A stretch of DNA of 40,989 nt from a virus (lineage: Duplodnaviria; Caudoviricetes). The stretch is from the IMG/VR virus record IMGVR_UViG_3300044960_000205, positions 1-40,989 of that record; one strand, 5' to 3'. A program made the position numbers and the translations under genes. The notes beneath the pieces were generated by a model. That model had not been told where the DNA came from. It saw only the letters and a program-made list of their open reading frames with translations, and searched no databases. Positions 1-6,615 of this stretch are shown piece after piece; position 1 is the stretch's first letter, and each line of letters opens with the position of its first letter.

Positions 1-291
1 CGATAGCTGCAGATGCCGACTGGCTGCGTATCCGCTTGCCCTCCGGCCGTTCCCTATGCTATCGCGAACCGCGGGTAGAAGGCGATGTCGTGTCCTACAT
101 GGGCGTCAACCAGCGCACGCGCCAGTGGTCGCGCATTCAGACCTACGGCGGGAAGCTCACGGAGAACATCACTCAGGCCGTTGCGCGCGATGTGCTCGCA
201 GCGGCCATTCCGCGCATCGAGGCGGCCGGCTACCAGATCGTGCTCACGGTGCACGACGAGATCGTTGCTGAGGCGCCGGATGAGCACAGCT
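1..291. repeat. Terminal overlap, copy 1 (imperfect direct repeat of 40699-40989)
   Basis: 291 bp with 11 substitutions between positions 47 and 164; the last 127 bp are identical. Confidence 0.97.
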
Positions 292-398
292 ACAGCGCCG
301 AGCATCTGGCGGCGCTGATGGCGACGCCCCCGTCGTGGGCAGAGGGCCTGCCGCTCGCAGCGGCGGGGTTTGAGACGTATCGCTACAGGAAAGGATGA
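1..398 (+). CDS. Family A DNA polymerase, C-terminal part (continues from 39030 across the circular join)
   Basis: Contains [10 protein letters not shown] and motif [10 protein letters not shown]. In frame with the ORF starting at 39030; the joined protein is about 688 aa. Confidence 0.93.
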   Translation, partial: IAADADWLRIRLPSGRSLCYREPRVEGDVVSYMGVNQRTRQWSRIQTYGGKLTENITQAVARDVLAAAIPRIEAAGYQIVLTVHDEIVAEAPDEHSYSAEHLAALMATPPSWAEGLPLAAAGFETYRYRKG

Positions 399-401
399 CG
401 C

Positions 402-636
402 GGCATGGCTCGGCAGGGCATGGCAAGGCGCGGCAAGGCCGGGCGTGGCGCGGCTCGGCTGGGCCTGGCGCGGCAAGGCGAGGCTAGGGCTGGGCGAGGC
501 GGGGCTGGGCGAGGCGAGGCGTGGCCTGGCGAGGCTGGGCACAGCAAGGCACGGCAAGGCAAGGCAAGGCATGGCAAGGGCTGCAAAGCAGCGTCAGACG
601 CCTTGGCAACAGGACGTCTGGCGATGCGAAAGCATC
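402..636 (+). ncRNA. Putative guide RNA 1: 35 GGC-NN pentamers (402-577) plus a three-hairpin tail
   Basis: Strict 5-nt period with constant GGC and variable NN (one AGC variant, one extra G at 487). Hairpins: GCTGC-AAA-GCAGC (580-592), 593-622 with a GCAA tetraloop, and GATGC-GAAA-GCATC (623-636). Confidence 0.8.
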
Positions 637-640
637 AAAC

Positions 641-806
641 GTGGCGTGGCATGGCGGGGCAAGGCGTGGCGGGGCTCGGCGTGGCCGTGCAAGGCCGGGC
701 TCGGCTAGGCATGGCGTGGCGAGGCTGGGCGAGGCAGGGCCTGGCTAGGCAGGGCAAGGCAGGGTGTAGTGGATGGCCATCAGGCCATCCGGTGCGCCTT
801 GCACCG
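641..806 (+). ncRNA. Putative guide RNA 2: 25 GGY-NN pentamers (643-767) plus a two-hairpin tail
   Basis: Same 5-nt period (one TGC variant, last unit GGT). Hairpins: GGATGGCC-ATCA-GGCCATCC (771-790) and GGTGC-GCCTT-GCACC (791-805). Confidence 0.8.
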
Positions 807-826
807 ACAACACACATGGAGGCATT

Positions 827-1396
827 ATGAAAACAGTCACCGTTGAAATTCGTGGCACGTCTCCGTTGCTGATTCATCGTTTCGGTGAACAAAACGAAGT
901 CGAACAGGCGACCAGAAGGGTCATCGTCGAGACAGTGAAAGACCCGCGCGAAGAGGCACGAAAAGCGGCCTACATCGCGGATGACGGTACCTTCTACTTC
1001 TCTGCGGCTGCGATTCCGAACGCCATGAGTACGGTCGGAAGTAACCACAAGATGAAAGGGTCTAGAAAATCGCTCCGCTTCATCGTGCCGAGCGCGGTGC
1101 GCGTGACATCGGACACCATCACGATTCTGAACGGAGCAGGGCCGGCAAAGGATTTTGAGGTCGACGGCCGTCCCGTCACCATCCCTGCGACAAAAGGTCG
1201 TGTCATGCGTTACCGCCCGCGGTTCAACGACTGGGGCGCCGTGTTCGATCTCGTCATCAACGACAACCTGTTGTCTGTCGAAACAGCTCATCAACTGCTC
1301 GTGGAGGCCGGCGAGCAGGTCGGCGTCGGCGATTTTCGACCTGAGAAGCGCGGCCCGTTCGGCTGCTTTCGCGTCACGAAGTTTGAGGAGCAGTAA
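827..1396 (+). CDS. Stand-alone RAMP/Cas7-like RNA-binding protein (Vipr-like), 189 aa
   Basis: GGAGG RBS at 818-822 before ATG 827. N-terminal strand VTVEIRGTSPLLIH, the segment FYFSAAAIPNAM and a C-terminal glycine-rich loop GVGDFRPEKRGPFGCF resemble RAMP motifs. Immediately follows the pentamer arrays. Confidence 0.75.
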   Translation: MKTVTVEIRGTSPLLIHRFGEQNEVEQATRRVIVETVKDPREEARKAAYIADDGTFYFSAAAIPNAMSTVGSNHKMKGSRKSLRFIVPSAVRVTSDTITILNGAGPAKDFEVDGRPVTIPATKGRVMRYRPRFNDWGAVFDLVINDNLLSVETAHQLLVEAGEQVGVGDFRPEKRGPFGCFRVTKFEEQ

Positions 1397-1407
1397 GGAG
1401 TAAAACC

Positions 1408-1593
1408 ATGCTAATCAGAACCGAAAATGGAAGAACAAAACACATCGAGCCAGCTCCCCACATTAAGCGCGTGCCGTCCAAGCGCGAGGCAGAGGCTGCC
1501 TATGCGCAGATCGTGGCGGCGCTACCGGAGCAGCGAGCCGATGAACTCAGTGACCAGATCGAGATCGTGAGGGACTTCTTATGGAGCCGCTGA
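1408..1593 (+). CDS. Hypothetical protein, 61 aa
   Basis: AAGGAG RBS upstream; directly follows the RAMP-like gene. Confidence 0.7.
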   Translation: MLIRTENGRTKHIEPAPHIKRVPSKREAEAAYAQIVAALPEQRADELSDQIEIVRDFLWSR

Positions 1594-1736
1594 TGGCATT
1601 TGTGTTTGATTTAGCTCAATATTTTGGGGGATTGCCTGTGGAACTGCTGATTGTCTTTATGCTGGGGTTCGGCCTAGGGTTTTTCTTGTATTCGCTCATG
1701 GAAATGGCGGCATGGCCGGCCGATGGCGACGATTGA
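1593..1736 (+). CDS. Small membrane protein, 47 aa (not in the ORF track)
   Basis: TGATG overlap with the previous stop. Translates as MAFVFDLAQYFGGLPVELLIVFMLGFGLGFFLYSLMEMAAWPADGDD, with one hydrophobic helix; fills the gap before VRR-NUC. Confidence 0.55.
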   Translation: MAFVFDLAQYFGGLPVELLIVFMLGFGLGFFLYSLMEMAAWPADGDD

Positions 1737-2043
1737 ACGAGACATCGAGCGCTACCTCGTCGAGCGCGTAAAGGCCATCGGCGGGATGGTGCGCAAGGTG
1801 AAGTGGGTGGGGCGGAGAGGTGCACCAGATCGTCTCGTGTTGCTTCCGCCGCGCGAAATCCCCTACATCGCCGGTGTCGCGTCGTCGTACTGCTACCGCG
1901 AGCCGATCTGGGTGGAACTCAAAGCGCCGGGCGAAAAGCCAAAGCCGCACCAAGCGCGCGAGATCGAGCGTCTGCGCTCGTATGGGCTGCGCGTCGAGGT
2001 GGTCGATTCGCGGGAGCAGGTGGATGAGCTTTTAAGTGGTTGA
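1723..2043 (+). CDS. VRR-NUC domain nuclease
   Basis: Motifs ERDIE, GAPDRL, WVELKAPG and Q..EIERL; usual position before the SNF2 helicase. Confidence 0.88.
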   Translation: MATIERDIERYLVERVKAIGGMVRKVKWVGRRGAPDRLVLLPPREIPYIAGVASSYCYREPIWVELKAPGEKPKPHQAREIERLRSYGLRVEVVDSREQVDELLSG

Positions 2044-2055
2044 CTGATAACGTCT

Positions 2056-3447
2056 ATGCCACGCAAGCCCTTCACTCCACGCCCCTACCAGGAGGACATG
2101 ATCGACCACGTGGTCGAGATGCCGCGCTGCGGTGTGTGGGCGGGGATGGGTCTCGGAAAGACCGTATCGGCGCTCACGGCGCTCAGCATCATCGACGTGC
2201 TCGAAGGCGGCCCGGCCCTGGTCATTGCACCGCTTCGCGTGGCCGTGAGCACGTGGCCGGACGAGGCGCGAAAGTGGGCGCACCTTGCCGGCATCGAAGT
2301 CGTGCCGGTGGTCGGCTCGGCTGCGCAGCGGCGCGCAGCGCTTGAGCGCTGCGCGCCGATCTACACGATCAACTACGATAACCTTCCGTGGCTGATCGAG
2401 CACCTGGGCGACCGCTGGCCGTTCGTCACCGTCGTCGCCGACGAGAGCACGCGGCTCAAGAGCTTTCGACTGCGGCAGGGGAGCGTGCGGGCAAGAGCGC
2501 TCGCACGCGTTGCGCACTGCAAGATACGGCGCTTCATCGAGCTGACCGGCACACCGGCGCCGAATGGTCTGCAAGACTTGTGGGGCCAGGCGTGGTTTTT
2601 GGACAAGGGAGAACGGCTTGGTCGCAGTTTCTCAGCGTTCCAGAGCCGTTGGTTCCGCGCTGTGCGCGTGGGCGCAGACCCGCACGCAATTCGGCTTGAG
2701 CCGCTGCCGTTCGCCCAGGCCGAGATTGAGGGGCGCCTGTCAGACCTGTGTCTGTCGGTGGATCCCCGCGACTGGTTCGACCTCCGCGAGCCCATCGTGT
2801 CTACCATTCGCGTCGAGCTGCCGGCCAAAGCCAGGCAGATGTACGACGAAATGGAACGGAAGATGTTCCTGTCACTCGGCGACATAGAGATTGAAGCGTT
2901 CAACGCGGCTGCGAAGACGATCAAGTGCCTCCAGCTCGCGAACGGCGCGATCTACACCGACGAGTCGTGTACGGCATGGGCTGAAGTGCACGACGCCAAG
3001 CTCCAGGCGCTGGAAGACGTGATCGAGGAAGCGGCCGGTGCGCCGGTGCTGGTGGCGTACCAGTTCAGGAGCGACCTCGTGCGGCTGCAACGCGCCTTCC
3101 CACAGGGGCGCGTGCTCGATAGCAACCCGCAGACGATCCGCGACTGGAACGCCGGCCGCATCCCTGTCCTGTTCGCTCACCCGGCGAGCGCAGGGCACGG
3201 CCTGAACCTGCAGGACGGCGGAAACATCCTGGTGTTCTTCGGCCACTGGTGGGACCTGGAGCAGTATCAGCAGATCATCGAGCGGATCGGCCCGACGCGT
3301 CAAGCCCAAGCCGGGCATGATCGACCGGTATTCGTCTACCACATCATCGCTGCGGACACGGTGGACGAGCTGGTTATGGCGCGTCGCGAGTCGAAACGCG
3401 AGGTGCAGGATTTGCTGATGGAGGCGATGAAACGGAGGAACGGATGA
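2056..3447 (+). CDS. SNF2-family (SF2) helicase
   Basis: RPYQ Q-motif, GMGLGKT, VVADES, LTGTP, GHGLNLQ and QIIERI. Confidence 0.93.
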   Translation: MPRKPFTPRPYQEDMIDHVVEMPRCGVWAGMGLGKTVSALTALSIIDVLEGGPALVIAPLRVAVSTWPDEARKWAHLAGIEVVPVVGSAAQRRAALERCAPIYTINYDNLPWLIEHLGDRWPFVTVVADESTRLKSFRLRQGSVRARALARVAHCKIRRFIELTGTPAPNGLQDLWGQAWFLDKGERLGRSFSAFQSRWFRAVRVGADPHAIRLEPLPFAQAEIEGRLSDLCLSVDPRDWFDLREPIVSTIRVELPAKARQMYDEMERKMFLSLGDIEIEAFNAAAKTIKCLQLANGAIYTDESCTAWAEVHDAKLQALEDVIEEAAGAPVLVAYQFRSDLVRLQRAFPQGRVLDSNPQTIRDWNAGRIPVLFAHPASAGHGLNLQDGGNILVFFGHWWDLEQYQQIIERIGPTRQAQAGHDRPVFVYHIIAADTVDELVMARRESKREVQDLLMEAMKRRNG

Positions 3448-3453
3448 GCGCCG

Positions 3454-3924
3454 CTAGGCGGTCAACAGCAGGGCCTCGGCCTCGCGCCGTGCGACAAGCC
3501 CCGGAAGCACTCTCCCGCCACCGTACACCCACCGTCGCAGCTCGGCTGCGGCCGCAGTCCAGTCACGCTGGTTGATCCGCCGCCGCAAGGTCGAGGTCTG
3601 GAGCCGCCCCGCGCCCAGGTTGAAGGTGAAATCCACAATGGCCGCAAGCCGCCCCTCGGGCTCGGTGGCCAGCACCGGGCAGTGACGCAAGGTGGCGCGA
3701 AGCGCCGCTTCGAGATCGCGCATCAGATAGGCTTCGGCTTCCGCCTCCGTAATCGGCGGGTGTGTCGGATCGCAGAGGTGCCCGTAGCCGATGGTGTGAT
3801 ATCCAGCTGGACAGACGTAAGGGTAGGCACGGCCAGGGTCGTTCTTCAGAACGCGGTGGAAGCCCTCGAAGCGCTTGGCGAGTTCGACGGCCTGAGGCGG
3901 AACTTGGATCAGAGGTGCTTCCAT
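3454..3924 (-). CDS. Endolysin, GH24 (T4/P21-type) lysozyme
   Basis: RFEG, CPAGYHTIGYGH, FTFNLGAG and LPGLVARREAE. Confidence 0.93.
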   Translation of the reverse strand: MEAPLIQVPPQAVELAKRFEGFHRVLKNDPGRAYPYVCPAGYHTIGYGHLCDPTHPPITEAEAEAYLMRDLEAALRATLRHCPVLATEPEGRLAAIVDFTFNLGAGRLQTSTLRRRINQRDWTAAAAELRRWVYGGGRVLPGLVARREAEALLLTA

Positions 3925-4385
3925 GTCACTCCCGCCTTGATCATTCCGACCGTCGACTTCCCGATCCCATAAACCCGCGCCAGTTGTCGATGGCTTCTTG
4001 TATCGTTGCGGATGGCAAGCACGATAGCATCAGTCAGCCGCGCTTTTGGATGCAGATTGCCGCGTGGAGGGTTGCCGCGTCCCTTTGCATGCATATCCCG
4101 AAGGTTGTCCGCTTGACTTCCAAGGAACAGATGATTTGGATTGACACAGCCGGGGTTGTCGCAGCGATGGCAGACGACGAGACCGGCTGGAATCGTACCG
4201 ACGGCGAGTTGATATGCCACGCGGTGAGCGAGCAGAATGCGACCGTCACCGCCAGCAAGTTTGCCGTAGCCTCCCTGCTTGGTCGATGCAAGCCACGGCC
4301 AGCATTCATCAACACCGCGCACATCGACCTTTTCCCAGAATCTTTCAGCCAGAGGCCGCCACTTGCGAGACCAGCCACCCATCAC
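3909..4385 (-). CDS. Free-standing HNH homing endonuclease (HNH_3 type) with C-terminal HTH
   Basis: CWPW, GYG, AHRVAY and VVCHRCDNPGCVNPNHLFLGSQADN; located between the holin-like gene and the endolysin. Confidence 0.9.
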   Translation of the reverse strand: MMGGWSRKWRPLAERFWEKVDVRGVDECWPWLASTKQGGYGKLAGGDGRILLAHRVAYQLAVGTIPAGLVVCHRCDNPGCVNPNHLFLGSQADNLRDMHAKGRGNPPRGNLHPKARLTDAIVLAIRNDTRSHRQLARVYGIGKSTVGMIKAGVTWKHL

Positions 4386-4858
4386 TGCTTCACTCGGTCA
4401 AATACCCTACCCAAGAACCAAAAGTTGAGCACGCCAGCCCATAGCGCCTGGTCGGCCTCCGTCCAGGCGTGTTGGACGGCCGTGCTCCAGTCCGTGCCGG
4501 AGGAGATGGCCGCGGTGAACGCTGCCGTCTTGGCCGCGCAATAGAGCGCCATGAACCAGTAGGTGATGACCGGCCGCACGCTGGAGGAGAGCGCATCCAC
4601 CCACTTCACGCCGGACTGTTTGCCTTGCGCCGCCACGGCTTCTTTCAGTGCTTCGATGGCCCCGGTGTTCCACGCAGCATCGGCAGAAGCGCTAATCTCG
4701 GCCATCTTTTGCGCACCACGCAACTTCTCAAACTCCAACGCTTTGTCTTGCATGGCAAGTTCGTGCATGCGTTCGTTTTTCCTGTCGAGCCATTTCAGCA
4801 CTTCAGGCGCTAACCGGAACGCGCCACCGAGTAGCCCGCCAAGTAGAGTCTCGATCAT
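4382..4858 (-). CDS. Putative holin-like membrane protein
   Basis: GGAG RBS; hydrophobic segments; SSSVRPVITY and LNFWFLGR motifs typical of proteins found upstream of GH24 lysins. Confidence 0.65.
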   Translation of the reverse strand: MIETLLGGLLGGAFRLAPEVLKWLDRKNERMHELAMQDKALEFEKLRGAQKMAEISASADAAWNTGAIEALKEAVAAQGKQSGVKWVDALSSSVRPVITYWFMALYCAAKTAAFTAAISSGTDWSTAVQHAWTEADQALWAGVLNFWFLGRVFDRVKQ

Positions 4859-4874
4859 TGCCAACTCCGTTCCG

Positions 4875-5120
4875 TCAATCTCCGTCTACCTCGTGCGCCT
4901 GCTCAAACTGGGCGCATGCCTTGGCGTGTGGGTAGCGCGGAAGCTGCCTGACACAGACCTCAACCCACTTGCCGGTACGCGTGTCGAACTCGCCCTCGAA
5001 GAAGTGGAGGGCTGAATTCCAGTAGCAACGCTCGCACAGCGTCGTCAGAACAGCCCCGCTTTCCCAGCGACGAACACCATCGCGGCGGCCGCCGCCGCCC
5101 ACACCGCCTTTATCACCCAT
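4875..5120 (-). CDS. Possible small Cys-containing protein (start uncertain)
   Basis: The only sizeable minus-strand ORF filling the gap; contains CERC...C...C. No clear start or RBS. Confidence 0.3.
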   Translation of the reverse strand: MGDKGGVGGGGRRDGVRRWESGAVLTTLCERCYWNSALHFFEGEFDTRTGKWVEVCVRQLPRYPHAKACAQFEQAHEVDGD

Positions 5121-5362
5121 TCCGACACCCGTTCCTTGATTGGCTCTCGTACTTCCAGCGTACGTAGCCGGATATCTAGTTTCTCTATCGCGCCCGCCAG
5201 TCGATCAATCGCCGTGCTTGTGGCGGCCTGCCGCTCTTCCACCAACGCCAGGCGCGTGACGGCGCTGGCAAGTTCTCTCATGGCGCCCTTGATTTCGTTC
5301 ACGTCCCCACGCAACGACGTGACGTGATGCATGATCAGCTCTACGCGCTCTTCTCCGCCCAT
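5045..5362 (-). CDS. Coiled-coil protein with C-terminal transmembrane helix (lysis-module accessory)
   Basis: Heptad pattern followed by WVIKAVWAAAAAAMVFVA. Confidence 0.7.
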   Translation of the reverse strand: MGGEERVELIMHHVTSLRGDVNEIKGAMRELASAVTRLALVEERQAATSTAIDRLAGAIEKLDIRLRTLEVREPIKERVSEWVIKAVWAAAAAAMVFVAGKAGLF

Positions 5363-5686
5363 CTATTGGCTTCCGTGCTTGGGGCTGTTCAAATCAAGGC
5401 TCCACCGGTATCCCCTCGCATAAACGGGGCCGGCGATGTCGATTCTCATCTCGGGCGGCGGCTGGTAGCCGCGTCGCTCCGCTAGACGATAGCGAGTGAC
5501 ACCGCCTTCTCGTTCTGTCACCACGGCCCCCGCCACCTTGAGACCGGACAGCGCATTGCTCGCGGCGCGGCTTGAAATACCCAGCACGCCGGCAGCTTCG
5601 TGTGCGCCCATTGGGCCGCGGTCCTTGAGTGCGCGCAGCACGCGCTGACGGACCGAATTGTGCTGTAGTGTTCGACTTTTCCGCAT
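5363..5686 (-). CDS. Winged helix-turn-helix DNA-binding protein
   Basis: VLRALKDRGPMGAHEAAGVLGISSRAASNALSGLKVAGAV; AAGGAG RBS. Confidence 0.75.
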   Translation of the reverse strand: MRKSRTLQHNSVRQRVLRALKDRGPMGAHEAAGVLGISSRAASNALSGLKVAGAVVTEREGGVTRYRLAERRGYQPPPEMRIDIAGPVYARGYRWSLDLNSPKHGSQ

Positions 5687-5723
5687 TGATGGCTCCTTAG
5701 CTCGTGGTGTTTGTCGCTTTCAA

Positions 5724-6095
5724 CTAGCCGCGCCCAAGATCTGCAAACAGCCGGATCGATAGGCACACGGCCTGCGATCCCTCAAACACCTCTTCCGGCG
5801 GGCACAGCCACGTGGCGTACACCGGGTGATGCACTCCGTAGAGTTTCCACCCAAGATACCCGCCGCGACCAGTGAACGGCCAGCGCCAGGCGATGAAGGG
5901 CAAAATCGGCCAGCGCACGCGGACATGCAGCACGCGCTTGGGGAACGGCGGCTCGAACCAGTTTGTGCCGATGCCAATAGGGTCGAGCCAATCGCCGGAA
6001 TACAGGCGGAAAATGAACCGCCGCCCGCCAAGCTCTGGTAGCGGATCGATAAGCTCCCGTTCCGGGTCGTTTCGGTAGTGGCAGACGACTTTCAC
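5724..6095 (-). CDS. Hypothetical protein, 123 aa
   Basis: GTGA overlap with the upstream gene; Trp/Pro-rich with GYLGWKL. Confidence 0.6.
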   Translation of the reverse strand: MKVVCHYRNDPERELIDPLPELGGRRFIFRLYSGDWLDPIGIGTNWFEPPFPKRVLHVRVRWPILPFIAWRWPFTGRGGYLGWKLYGVHHPVYATWLCPPEEVFEGSQAVCLSIRLFADLGRG

Positions 6096-6604
6096 ACCAC
6101 CTCCAGCTGAGCGATAGCCTCATCCCGCGCCGCATCCACGCCTGCATGATCCACCGCGGCGTCCACCGCCAATTTCCCACCGACCCGCAACGCCTCAATA
6201 ATCGCCGCAAGCTGAATCCACTGGTCCCGAGTCGTGCGCACGAGATCGGCCATATCAGAGACCGAGATCCCCCGCGCTTGTGCCTCAGCGGTGAGGATGG
6301 GATAGGGCGTGGTGTCCACTGGTCTCTCTGCGGCGACGTATGAATCCGCTTCGGTAGCCTTGGCCTGGTAGGTGGCCTCTTGGCCCGGGGCGACCGTGAT
6401 GTATCTAGCGCGGGCACGCCCTGCGGCCTGGTCGATGACGTCCTTGGCTTGGGATTTGTATTCTGATAATGTCGGTGTCCATTCGCCAGAAGACTCGATC
6501 TCCAATCCCTGCTCAGACTCTGCGTCTATACGAATAAGGGAATATCCGTCCGCCCCAAGCTTCTCAAATACGTGGCGCCCTTCGAATATAGTTTTTTTCC
6601 ACAT
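6092..6604 (-). CDS. Putative tail fibre assembly/chaperone protein
   Basis: AAGGAG RBS; directly after the tail fibre; IDQAAGRARARYIT...GQEATYQAK pattern. Confidence 0.7.
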   Translation of the reverse strand: MWKKTIFEGRHVFEKLGADGYSLIRIDAESEQGLEIESSGEWTPTLSEYKSQAKDVIDQAAGRARARYITVAPGQEATYQAKATEADSYVAAERPVDTTPYPILTAEAQARGISVSDMADLVRTTRDQWIQLAAIIEALRVGGKLAVDAAVDHAGVDAARDEAIAQLEVV

Positions 6605-6615
6605 ATCAAACTCCT

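Noticed and set aside
1-291. Terminal near-repeat as a DGR template/variable repeat pair
   Set aside because: The differences are not adenine-specific (many are C/T), they lie in the polymerase, and no reverse transcriptase is encoded.
402-767. Pentamer tracts as a simple microsatellite, G-quadruplex or CRISPR array
   Set aside because: Slippage would homogenise the units, whereas NN is highly varied and GGC is fixed. There are no 25-40-bp repeats with spacers. A G-quadruplex role would not explain the NN content or the adjacent RAMP-like gene.
54-830. Several overlapping ORFs with ARQG/AWRG/PCLA repeats (54-572, 370-708, 383-586, 405-830, 521-748)
   Set aside because: These are by-products of a stop-poor 5-nt repeat read in many frames. 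They lack an RBS, and the hairpin covariation points to function as RNA.
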